A stretch of DNA of 64,000 nt, from NCBI GenBank assembly GCA_963814585.1, contig CAWFDF010000008.1, positions 256,001 through 320,000 on the forward strand, read 5' to 3'. The notes under the pieces were generated by a model. It was not told where the DNA came from. It ran no database searches and saw only the letters and a list, made by a program, of their open reading frames with translations. Both the position numbers and the translations under genes were made by a program. The stretch is from an uncultured delta proteobacterium. Lineage in GTDB: Bacteria > Myxococcota > Myxococcia > Myxococcales > Anaeromyxobacteraceae. Shown here piece by piece: positions 1 through 8,865 of the stretch; position 1 is the first letter of the stretch; every line of letters starts with the position of its first letter.

Positions 1-1727
1 ACACCTCCCCGACGCGGAGCGCGCAGGACCCCGAGAGGCCCGCGTACGGCGAAGGTCCGCCCCGGGCCGCCGCCGCGGGCGCCGGGCGCTCCCCGGGCGC
101 GCGCCGGGGATGCCGGCAGGAGCAGGCGGTCGACGTCGACCCGATCGACGTCCACCACGACGTCGAAGCGGGTGGCCTTCGGCTGCCGATCGACGGTGCC
201 ACGCGCCTTCAGGTCCATGTCGAGGAGGCCCAGGGAGAACGCCGACACCTCCAGGCGGCTGGCCTGGCCCGCGGACGCGCGCGAGCCCGTGGCCGCCAGC
301 GTGAGGCGATCGCCCGGCTTCTTGGCGAGGGAGCCGCCGGGGCGCAGGTCGAGGCCGGCCAGGTCGCCCTTCGCGTCGAAGCGAAGCGCCCCGCCCGCGC
401 CGCCGCGGACGCGGGCGGAGAGGGAGGCCACCCCGCCGGCCGCCTTCTGGAGCTGCCCGGTGAAGTCGAGCCGGACCGGCGTCAGGTCGACGCGGAGCTC
501 GACCACCGGCTGCTCGGCCGTCCCCGCCACCTGCAGCGAGAGGCCGATGGGGCCGGCCACCGTGCCCCCGAGGAGCCCGGGGAGCGGCGGATAGTAGGCG
601 GCCAGCGCGGCGAGGTCGAGGTCTCGCGACACCACCCGCAGCCCCTCGAGGCGCGGGTGCTCGGAGCGGAGCCCGGTCACCTTCCCCCTCCCCTCCAGCG
701 AGGCCGGTCCGAAGGCCAGCCGCAGGCGGGCGATGTCGAGATCGCCCCGCTCGGCGTCGGCGGTGAGGTCGGCGTCGAGCGTGACGTCGAGCGCCTTCCC
801 GCCCTCCTGCCCGGCGAAGCGGAGCCCGGTGGCGCTGAAGCCGCCGCGCACCGAGGTGGGGCCGGTGCCGCCCTGGACGGCCGCCCCCAGCCGGACGTCG
901 AGGTCGGCCGCGAAGCGGCCGCCCCGGAAGCCGGCCTCCCTGGGCGCGAAGGCGGCGAACGGCGTGAGGTCCACCGGCTTCACCCGGAGCGTCATCCGGT
1001 CGGGAGCCGGGACCAGGTTCCCCGGCAGCGGCGGGGCGTGGACCCTCAGCTCGAAGTCCTGCGCCTTGGACAGGATGCCGGCGGTGAGCACGACCTCGAG
1101 CGGCGCCCCCGCGGCCAGCCCGTCCACCGTCAGGTCGATGCCGTCGATGAAGAGCTCCTGGCCGCCCGCCGCCACGTCGACGAAGGCGACCCGGGCCCCG
1201 CGCACCGCCGCGTGCTCGACGCGGACCATGGAGAGATCGACCGGCCTGGCCTCTCCGGCCGCGGGAGCAGGTGGCTGCGCCTCGTCCTTCATCGCCGCGC
1301 CCAGCCGCTGGACGTTGGTCGAGCCGTCCTCGAGCCGGAGCACGGCGACTCGCAGCCCCTCCAGCTCGGCGCTGCGAACCCGCACCTCCTGGCCCCCGGA
1401 GCGCAGGGCGCGGAGGAGCTCGAGCCTCACCTCGGCCCGGTCGAGCTCGAGGATGGGCCGCGGCTCGCCAGGCCCGGCGCCGATCCGGACGCCCTCGGCG
1501 CGGATGCCGAACCCGGTCAGGAGGGTGAGCTTCACCGCGCCGATCTCCACGGGACGCCGCCACTGGGCCGAGAGCTGCGCGGCCATGCCCCGCGCGGCCG
1601 AGGTCAGGACCCGGTCGATGGTGAAGGCGGCGACGGCACCCAGCAGGACCAGCACGGCGGCGACGGCCGCCAGGAACCTGGGCCAGCGGCGGGACTTCGG
1701 GCGCGGAGCGGAGTCTGGGGCGGTCAT
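1..1727 (-). CDS. AsmA-family outer-envelope protein, runs off the left edge; possible frameshift near 97-104
   Basis: Own translation from ATG 1727: MTAPDSAPRPKSRRWPRFLAAVAAVLVLLGAVAAFTIDRVLT, i.e. an N-terminal TM anchor followed by AsmA-like beta-rich segments (RPVEIGAVKLTLL, LELDRAEVRLELL, LEDGSTNVQRL). Absent from the ORF track because there is no stop in the window. Confidence 0.75.
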   Translation of the reverse strand, partial: MTAPDSAPRPKSRRWPRFLAAVAAVLVLLGAVAAFTIDRVLTSAARGMAAQLSAQWRRPVEIGAVKLTLLTGFGIRAEGVRIGAGPGEPRPILELDRAEVRLELLRALRSGGQEVRVRSAELEGLRVAVLRLEDGSTNVQRLGAAMKDEAQPPAPAAGEARPVDLSMVRVEHAAVRGARVAFVDVAAGGQELFIDGIDLTVDGLAAGAPLEVVLTAGILSKAQDFELRVHAPPLPGNLVPAPDRMTLRVKPVDLTPFAAFAPREAGFRGGRFAADLDVRLGAAVQGGTGPTSVRGGFSATGLRFAGQEGGKALDVTLDADLTADAERGDLDIARLRLAFGPASLEGRGKVTGLRSEHPRLEGLRVVSRDLDLAALAAYYPPLPGLLGGTVAGPIGLSLQVAGTAEQPVVELRVDLTPVRLDFTGQLQKAAGGVASLSARVRGGAGGALRFDAKGDLAGLDLRPGGSLAKKPGDRLTLAATGSRASAGQASRLEVSAFSLGLLDMDLKARGTVDRQPKATRFDVVVDVDRVDVDRLLLPASPARARGAPGARGGGPGRTFAVRGPLGVLRAPRRGG

Positions 1728-1842
1728 GTCGCGGCGGATTCTAGACCTGCACGCCCGGCGATTCGAGACGGCGAGAGGGGGCGTGGCGGACCGCCGTTCC
1801 GCTGGCGTGGCGGGGTTCCATCGGAGGGGTTAGATCGCCCGG

Positions 1843-2475
1843 ATGGCCCTGCTCGCCCTCCGCCCCGGACCTGACGGACTGCCGCGTTGCTCCTGGTGCC
1901 TCGGCGCGCCCGACTACCTCGCCTACCACGACGAGGAGTGGGGCCGGCCCGTGGTCGACGACACCCGGCTGCTCGAGAAGCTCTGCCTGGAGGGCTTCCA
2001 GTCCGGCCTCTCCTGGCTCACCATCCTGCGCAAGCGGGAGGCCTTCCGCCGCGCCTTCGCCGGCTTCGACCGGGATCGGCTGGCCCGGTTCGGCGCCCGG
2101 GACGTGGCCCGGCTCCTCGGCGACGCCGGCATCGTCCGCCACCGCGGCAAGATCGAGGCGGCCATCGCCAACGCCCGGGCCGCCCGAGCCGTGGCCGACG
2201 CGGAGGGTTCGCTGGCCGCCCTGGTCTGGCGCTTCGAGCCTGCTCCCGAGGCCCGGCCCCGCCGCCTGACCGGTGCGGCGCTGGCCCGGCTCACCGAGAC
2301 CTCCGAGTCGCGCGCGCTCTCGATGGAGCTGAAGCGGCGGGGGTTCCGCTTCGTGGGGCCGACCACCGCCCAGGCCTTCATGCAGGCCACCGGGCTGGTG
2401 AACCATCATCTCCACGGTTGCCACGCCCGGGAGCCGATCGAGCGGACCCGGGCCAGGCTCCGCCGCCCTCGCTGA
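1843..2475 (+). CDS. tag: DNA-3-methyladenine glycosylase I
   Basis: RCSW, YHDEEWGRP, LEGFQSGLSWLTILRKR, GIVRHRGKI, FRFVGPTT, GLVNHHLHGC zinc-site motifs. Confidence 0.95.
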   Translation: MALLALRPGPDGLPRCSWCLGAPDYLAYHDEEWGRPVVDDTRLLEKLCLEGFQSGLSWLTILRKREAFRRAFAGFDRDRLARFGARDVARLLGDAGIVRHRGKIEAAIANARAARAVADAEGSLAALVWRFEPAPEARPRRLTGAALARLTETSESRALSMELKRRGFRFVGPTTAQAFMQATGLVNHHLHGCHAREPIERTRARLRRPR

Positions 2476-2494
2476 CTCGCCCCGTGCGACCCGC

Positions 2495-3583
2495 TCAGCC
2501 GAGCGCCGCCGACACCAGCCTCTCCACCGGCGCGGGGATGGCCGCGCCCAGCGAGATCACGCCACGCCGCAGGCGGGCACGCCGGGCCAGCAGCAGCAGC
2601 GCCGTCCAGGCCGCCGCGCGGCGCTGGCGCGGGCGCCAGGCCCGCTCCCAGCCGAGGAGTGCCCGGATCCCGCCACCCGCCGCGATCGCCGCGGGCAGCA
2701 GCGCGGCCAGGTCGAGCGCCCCGGCCAGCCCCAGCGACACCCCCTCGCCCGACAGGGGGTCGATCGAACCTGCCGCGTCGCCGAGGAGCACCAGCCGGTC
2801 CCGGACCCGCGCCGTGGAGCCGCGAGCCAGCGGCCCGGCGCCCCGGTCCTCCGAGAGCGGATCGGCACGGGCGAGCCGCTCCGCCAGCGCGGGGAAGCGG
2901 GCCAGCAGCGCCGGCCAGCCCCCAGGCGCGCTCCCCTCGAAGAGGAAGGCGACGCCGACGCGTCCGCTGCCGGCCGGCGTGAGGTAGGCCTCGACCCCGT
3001 CGCCGAGGTGGACCTCCACGACGCTCGACGACGCCGCCACCGTGACGTGCCGTCGGACCCCGAAGCGGGGCCGGCGCGAGGGCCCGGCGTCGAGCCCCTC
3101 GCGCGCGCGGATGGCGGAATGGCGCCCGTCGGCGGCCACCAGCACCCGCCCCCGCACCGGCCCGGCCGTGGTCGTCAGCTCGACCGACTCGTCTCGCCGG
3201 CGGTGTCCCGAGACCTCCCCCTCGAGGAGCTGCGCCCCGGCCTCCGTCGCCGCGCCCAGGAGCGCGGCCGAGAGGGCCGTGCGCCGCACCCCGAGCCCTC
3301 CCGGTGCCGGCAGCGCCACCTCCATGGACGGTCCGGCCGCGTCGATCCATCGGAGGCCGGTGAGGGGGGTGGCGTCGGCGGCGCCAAGCTTCGAGCGGAT
3401 CCCGAGCGCCTCGAGGGCCCGGAGTCCGGCCGGCAGCAGCCCTTCGCCACAGGGCTGGTCGATCGGGAAGGGTCGGGCCTCGACCAGCAGGACGTCGAGC
3501 CCTCGCCGTGCCGCCCCGGCCGCCACGGCCAGCCCGGCAGGGCCTCCACCCACCACCACGACGTCGTGGAGGCGCCCGCTCAC
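2495..3583 (-). CDS. FAD-dependent monooxygenase/oxidoreductase (SrsC-like), last gene of the type III PKS operon
   Basis: GGGPAG Rossmann motif, PCGEG, LVAADG, LLGDAAGSIDPLSGEG; GTGA overlap with the upstream FAAL. Confidence 0.85.
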   Translation of the reverse strand: MSGRLHDVVVVGGGPAGLAVAAGAARRGLDVLLVEARPFPIDQPCGEGLLPAGLRALEALGIRSKLGAADATPLTGLRWIDAAGPSMEVALPAPGGLGVRRTALSAALLGAATEAGAQLLEGEVSGHRRRDESVELTTTAGPVRGRVLVAADGRHSAIRAREGLDAGPSRRPRFGVRRHVTVAASSSVVEVHLGDGVEAYLTPAGSGRVGVAFLFEGSAPGGWPALLARFPALAERLARADPLSEDRGAGPLARGSTARVRDRLVLLGDAAGSIDPLSGEGVSLGLAGALDLAALLPAAIAAGGGIRALLGWERAWRPRQRRAAAWTALLLLARRARLRRGVISLGAAIPAPVERLVSAALG

Positions 3584-5374
3584 CTCGGCCCCCGACGCAC
3601 CCAGTCCTGGAGGGTCGCGAGCTGCGAGCGGGCGACCCAGGCCGCCAGCCGGACTGGCCCGGCCGCCGCCGGCGGCGTCAGCCTGCCGGCCAGGAAGCGG
3701 CGCAGCGCCTCCTGGCGGCGCAGCTTGCCCGAGCTGGTGCGTGGCAGCGTCCCGGCGCCGAGGAGGCGCACCTGTCCGGGGGCGATCCCGGTCCGCTCCA
3801 GCACCGCGCTGGCGACGCGCGCCGCCAGCACCAGGTCATCGGTCCGTCCGCCCGGCGCCACCTCGGCGAGGAGGAGCAGCCGCTCCTCGTCCGCCCCGGG
3901 GAGGGCGGCGCCGACCGCCACGGCGCAGCCGGGGCGCAGGCCCCTCATCCCGGCCAGCGCCGCCTCGAACTCCTCCGGGGCGTGGTTGGCGCCGCGGACG
4001 ATCACCAGGTCCTTGGCCCGGCCATGGACGTGGAGCTCTCCCCCGCGCACGAAGCCGAGATCGCCGGTGTCGAGCCATCCATCGACGAGCGTCCTGGCGG
4101 TGGCCTCGGGATCACCGAGCAGCTCGCGGAGCAGCGACGGGCCTCGCACCCAGATGCGGCCGAGCCGGTCCTCCCCCACCACCTCACCCTCCTCGCCACG
4201 CACCTCGAGCTCGAAGCCGGGCACCGGCACGCCGACGCTGGCCACCTCGCGATGGCCGGGGCACGCCACCCCGTCGCGGGCCAGGCGCGCCGCGTCCACC
4301 AGCGCCCCGGCCGGCCGGCGGCCACCCGGCGAGAAGGTCACCGCCAGGGCGGCCTCGGAGAGACCGTAGACCGGTCGCAGGGCCCGCTCGTCGAAGCCGT
4401 GCGGGGCGAGCCGCGCCGCGAAGCGGCGCATCGCCTCGCATGAGACTTGCTCGGCGCCATCGAGGGCGAATCGCCAGCCAGAGAGGTCGAGCCCGGCGAG
4501 GTCGGCGTCGGCGACGCGCTCGGCCACGTAGGCGTAGGCGAAGCTCGGGGCTGGCGAGATGCTCCCCCGGTGGCGGGCCATGGCGCGCGGCCAGAGCGCC
4601 GGCCTGGCCAGGAAGTGCTCGGGGGCGATCAGCACCAGCGGCCCCGGGTAGCTCATCGCCCCGAGCAGGCCGCCGATCAGACCCATGTCGTGGTACAGCG
4701 GCAGCCAGGAGACCAGGACGTCGGCCGAGGTCGGAGCGACCAGGTCGGTGAGGGCGTCGGACTGGGCCTGGAGCGCGCGCGTGGGTGAGCGCCACGGCCT
4801 TGGGGGCCACCGTCGATCCCGAGGAGAACTGCACCAGGCCGAGCGACTCCGGCGACGTGGCCGGGTGCGGTGCCGTCGCCTGGCCGTCGAGGAGCGCCGC
4901 GGCGTCGCGCCTGCCCAGCGGCGGCCGGGCCCGGACCACCGCCTCGCCGAGGAGCCGCGCCGCCCCGCCGCCGGCCACCAGCAGCCGGGCCCCCGAGACG
5001 CCCAGCATGCGCGCCGTCGCGTCGAGGTACTCCTCCCGCCGGCCGAGCCGGACCGGCGGGTAGAGCGGCACCGGGACCGCCCCCGCCCACCAGGCGCCGA
5101 AGAAGGCGTCGAGGAAGGCGACCTCGGTCCTCAACACGATGGCGACCCGGTCGCCGGGCTGCACGCCCCAGGCCCGGTAGGTCGCCGCGGCCCTGGCCGC
5201 CCGAGCCACCACCTCGCGCCACGGCACGTGCGTCTCGCGCTCGGCGAGATCGACGAAGGTGACGCCTCCCGGGTGCCCGGCCGCGGCGGCGAGGGCGTGG
5301 ACCAGCGTCGGGTGGCGCGGCGAGGAGGCCGTCGACCCCTTCAGCCTGGAGAGCGGTGCCAGGGCCGGCTTCAC
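3580..5374 (-). CDS. Fatty acyl-AMP ligase (FAAL), split by a frameshift at about 4773-4781
   Basis: The N-terminal frame has FFGAWWAGAVPVPLYPP and QFSSGSTVAPKAV; the second frame has SWLPLYHDMGLIG, YGLSEA, GWLDTGDLG, GRAKDLVIVRGAN, LPRTSSGKLRR. The GTG start at 5374 overlaps the ACP stop. Confidence 0.85.
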
Positions 5375-5652
5375 GGCGGCCCCTGTCCGGGTGTCGCGGG
5401 GAGCCGCGCCGGGTCGGCCCGGGCGATGACCAGCCGCGCCACCTCGAGGAGCGTGCTCGCCTCCGCCGCCTCGTCGTCGGTGAGGATGACGTGGAACCGA
5501 TCCTCCACCGCCACCGCCAGGGTGAGGAGCTGGAGGGAGTCGAGCCGCCCGGCCAGGGGCTCGTCGGGTGCGGGCGGCGGACCGTCGAGCACCAGCTGAT
5601 CGCAGGCCAGCCGCAGCAGCTCGCCGACCACCGCCCCCTCGCCCGCCGTCAT
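5371..5652 (-). CDS. Acyl carrier protein
   Basis: 93 aa with LDSLQLLTLAVAVEDRFHV (DSL phosphopantetheine Ser); ATGA overlap with the ICMT gene. It is the tail of the spurious 853-aa ORF in the track. Confidence 0.88.
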   Translation of the reverse strand: MTAGEGAVVGELLRLACDQLVLDGPPPAPDEPLAGRLDSLQLLTLAVAVEDRFHVILTDDEAAEASTLLEVARLVIARADPARLPATPGQGPP

Positions 5653-6218
5653 CGGCCACCCCGCGATCCCGGGCGTGCCCCGACGATGGCGGTGGTCCCT
5701 GGCCGGATCCCGAGCGCCACCTCCTCGGCGCGGATCCGCACCGAGAGGAGGACGAGGTTGCCGGCCGTGGCGGCCGCGGCGGTCAGCAGCGCCCCGCCGA
5801 TGAGCGGAACGGCCAGCAGCTCGAGCACCACCGCCAGGTAGTTGGGATGCTTGAGGATCCGGTAGGGTCCCCCGCTCACCAGCGGCAGGCCCGGGTGGAT
5901 GATGATCCGCGTCGACCAGCGCGGGCCCAGCGTGGCCACCGCCCACCAGCGCAGCGCCATGGCCAGCAGCGCCACCGCGAGCGCACCCAGCGACGCGGCG
6001 GCCGGCCAGGCGCGCGGCCAGAGGAGCGGCTCGGCGGCGCAGGCGGCCAGGAACCCGGCGTGGAAGAGGACCATGGCCGGATGGTGGCCCCTCCCGGCCT
6101 CGATGCCGCCGGCGGCGAGGGCCCGGCGGGCGTTGCGCGTCGAGAGCAGCAGCTCGGCGCCCCGCTCCACCAGCAGGACGACGAGGTAGGCCTGGAGCAG
6201 CGTGACCGGGCCGGGCAT
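5649..6218 (-). CDS. Isoprenylcysteine carboxyl methyltransferase family membrane O-methyltransferase (SrsB-like)
   Basis: Hydrophobic; LGPRWSTRII, LVSGGPYRILKHPNYLAV, RIRAEEVAL. Confidence 0.9.
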   Translation of the reverse strand: MPGPVTLLQAYLVVLLVERGAELLLSTRNARRALAAGGIEAGRGHHPAMVLFHAGFLAACAAEPLLWPRAWPAAASLGALAVALLAMALRWWAVATLGPRWSTRIIIHPGLPLVSGGPYRILKHPNYLAVVLELLAVPLIGGALLTAAAATAGNLVLLSVRIRAEEVALGIRPGTTAIVGARPGSRGGR

Positions 6219-6221
6219 CGC

Positions 6222-7295
6222 TCACCAGGCCAGGAGAAGGAGCTCGGTGGCGAAGCCCGGGCCCATGGCCGCCACCAGGCCGAAGTCGCCGGGGCCGGCC
6301 TCGCCGCCCTCGAGGTGATCGCCGAGGACGAAGAGGACCGACGCCGAGGAGAGGTTCCCGACCTCCCGCAGCGATCGGTGGCTCCGCTCCAGGGCGGCCG
6401 CCGGCAGCCCGAGCGCTGCACGGAAGGCCTCGATCACCTTCGGCCCACCGGTGTGCGCGACCCAGTGGCGGATGCGACCGCGGTCGAGGCCGTGATCGGC
6501 GAGGAAGCGGTCGACGTCGCCGGCGATGTTGGCCTCGATCACCTCCGGGACCCTGGCCGAGAGCACCACCTTGAAGCCGCTGTCGACCACGTCCCAGCCC
6601 ATCACCCACTCGGTCCCCGGGTAGAAGACCGAGCGCGTGGCCACGATCCGGGGGGCGGCGGGTGGCGCCGGTCGCGCGCCCCCGCCCAGCACGACCGCCG
6701 CGGCGCCGTCGCCGAAGAGGCCGGTGGCCACCACGTTGGGGACGGAGAGGTCGTCGGGCTGGAGGGTGAGCGAGCAGAGCTCGACCGAGAGGAGCACGGC
6801 CACCTCCTCCGGGAAGGCGCGCAGCGCGTCCGAGGCCCGGGCCAGGCCGGCCGCTCCGCCCAGGCAGCCCAGGCCGAAGATGGGCGTCCGCTTCACCGAC
6901 GACTTCAGCGAGAGCCGGTTGGCGAGGCGGGCGTCGAGCGATGGCGTCGCCAGGCCGGTCACGGTGACGAAGTAGAGGTGGTCGACGTCGCCCGGGGTGA
7001 GCCCTGCGCGGGAGAGGCCGTCCCGGATGGCGGCCTCGCCGACCTCGAGGCCGACGCGGATGAAGGCGTCGTTCTTCTTGCCGAAGCCGTCGGTGGTGGC
7101 GTAGTCGGCGAGCGGGAGGGCGAGGTGCCGCCCGCTCACCAGCGCGGAGCCGTGGATCTGCGCCAGCCGGTCTGCGTTGAAGTGCTGCCGCGACCAGTGC
7201 ACGGCGAGGGCGGCGGTGAGGGTCTCCTGGTCTGCGTAGTTCGGCGGAAGAGCCCGTCCGACGGAGAGGATTCGAGGTTGAGGCGGCGGGGACAG
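6222..7295 (-). CDS. Type III polyketide synthase (chalcone/stilbene synthase family); start codon uncertain (CTG 7295 or an upstream GTG near 7362)
   Basis: Catalytic triad present: GLGCLGGAAG (Cys), AHTGGPKV (His), VGNLSSAS (Asn); also VELCSL, GLFGDGAAA, MGPGF. Confidence 0.93.
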   Translation of the reverse strand: MSPPPQPRILSVGRALPPNYADQETLTAALAVHWSRQHFNADRLAQIHGSALVSGRHLALPLADYATTDGFGKKNDAFIRVGLEVGEAAIRDGLSRAGLTPGDVDHLYFVTVTGLATPSLDARLANRLSLKSSVKRTPIFGLGCLGGAAGLARASDALRAFPEEVAVLLSVELCSLTLQPDDLSVPNVVATGLFGDGAAAVVLGGGARPAPPAAPRIVATRSVFYPGTEWVMGWDVVDSGFKVVLSARVPEVIEANIAGDVDRFLADHGLDRGRIRHWVAHTGGPKVIEAFRAALGLPAAALERSHRSLREVGNLSSASVLFVLGDHLEGGEAGPGDFGLVAAMGPGFATELLLLAW

Positions 7296-7560
7296 GGAGC
7301 CTCCCGGAAGGCGAACCCTCAGGTTGTAGGCAGGCCTCCGGCGGCACGCAAGGGACGCCACCTGGAGCTCGCCGAGGCCTCCTCGAGGAGTCGTCCGGGT
7401 TCTCCGGCCGGCGAAGCGCCCGCTTGCGCCCCGCCCGGCTCGGTCGCCGCCGTGCCGACACCCCATCTGCCCGTCGCCTGCGACCCGGGTGTCGATCAGA
7501 TGGAGATGGCCGGGTCCGTCGCCGCGGCGGCCGCGGCCGCTCGTTCGGAGGAAGGCCCAC

Positions 7561-8004
7561 ATGAAGCTCGCACCCGTTCTCCCGCTCTCCGCCCTGCTCG
7601 GGCTGGCCGCCTGTGGTGGCGCCAGCGACCCGCCGGGCCCGGTGCTCCCGCAGAATGCCTTCACCGGCACCATCACGGTCTCCGGCACGTTGCCGGGCGG
7701 GACCACCAGCTGTGCCGCACGCTCGCAGGTGGTCTTCACCGCCACCACCGTCGACCAGCACACCGTGCCCATCAACGCCGGCGGCTGCGTCGCCTTCGTC
7801 AACAACGACACCGCCGTGCACACGGTGGCCAACAACCTCCAGTCCTCCTGCGGCGAGCTCACCGCCGGCACCCCGATCGCGGCGGGCAACACCTTCGAGG
7901 CCGGGCCCTTCACCGGACCGAAGACCTGCCACTGGCAGGACACCAACAATCCCCCGCCCATCGGCGGTGGAGGCGGTGGCGGCGGCGGTGGCGGCGGCTA
8001 CTGA
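7561..8004 (+). CDS. Small lipoprotein, probable cupredoxin-like fold, with a poly-Gly-Tyr tail
   Basis: GGAGG SD before ATG; lipobox LAAC; VPINAGGCVAFVNNDTAVHTV resembles the plastocyanin-like strand pattern; ends G11-Y. Confidence 0.65.
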   Translation: MKLAPVLPLSALLGLAACGGASDPPGPVLPQNAFTGTITVSGTLPGGTTSCAARSQVVFTATTVDQHTVPINAGGCVAFVNNDTAVHTVANNLQSSCGELTAGTPIAAGNTFEAGPFTGPKTCHWQDTNNPPPIGGGGGGGGGGGGY

Positions 8005-8079
8005 GCCGTCCCTGTTCGAGCCGAGTCGATCCGGACCCGCCTCCTCCCTCGACCCTGGGACGGGCTGCTCCGCGTCTGC

Positions 8080-8865
8080 TCAGGGGGCTGGATCGCGCTC
8101 GCCGAGGCTCGGCACCCAGCTGAGCGCGAAGCCCGGATGGACCAGGACGCCGGGCCACCCCACCAGCTCGGCGACCAGCTCGAACTGCCGGAAGGCCAGG
8201 ATCCGGACGCCGGCAGCCAGCGACAGGTTGGTGGTGGTGCTGGTCAGCTGGTAGCCGTCGCTGGTGACCGTGAACGTCCCATCCACCCTGGCCGCGCCGA
8301 GGCCGGCGTAGGGCGTGAGGGAGACGGAGCCGAGGTCGAAGCGCCACCCGGCCGCCAGGTCGGCCCCGCCGATCCGCGTGATGAGCTGGTCGCGCGTGGT
8401 CGGGTCGGTGACCGGGCTCCTCGAGTCGGCCCACTCGCCGTGCAGGCGCAGCCCCGCCGAGAAGGGGCCGCGGCTCCAGGCCGCGCCGGCCTCGACGCCG
8501 ATCATGCTGGAGCTGACCTGGTTCACCTCGACCGGCGGGATCCAGGCCAGGCCGGCGAAGGCCCGCCAGTCACCGCCGAGCGGGAGCCCGATGCCCGCCC
8601 GAAGCCGCGGAAAGGCGCTGGCGAAGTCGGAGGCCGTCAGCTGGGTCTTGCCGCCCGTGGTGCCGTCGATGACGGGGATGGTGATGACCTCCAGGCCGAG
8701 GCGTAGCTGCAGCGGCGCCAGCCCGGCGGGGGCCTGGAGGGCCGGCAGGGCCACCAGCAGGGAGTGGATCTCGATGAGCCGTTGCTCCTGGTCGAGCATG
8801 GTCTGGGCCCGCGCCGATCCGGCCAGGGCCCCGAGCAGCAGCGCCAGCGACGCCCTGGAGCTCAC
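8080..8865 (-). CDS. Secreted hypothetical protein, probable outer-membrane beta-barrel
   Basis: The GTG start overlaps the upstream stop (GTGA); signal peptide ending ARA-Q; alternating amphipathic strands (LTPYAGLGAARV, LSLAAGVRI). Confidence 0.6.
   Translation of the reverse strand: MSSRASLALLLGALAGSARAQTMLDQEQRLIEIHSLLVALPALQAPAGLAPLQLRLGLEVITIPVIDGTTGGKTQLTASDFASAFPRLRAGIGLPLGGDWRAFAGLAWIPPVEVNQVSSSMIGVEAGAAWSRGPFSAGLRLHGEWADSRSPVTDPTTRDQLITRIGGADLAAGWRFDLGSVSLTPYAGLGAARVDGTFTVTSDGYQLTSTTTNLSLAAGVRILAFRQFELVAELVGWPGVLVHPGFALSWVPSLGERDPAP

Noticed and set aside
128..168. Cluster of GTCGAC/GACGTC palindromes
   Set aside because: Explained by Val-Asp codons (FDVVVDVDRVDVDR) in the AsmA gene.
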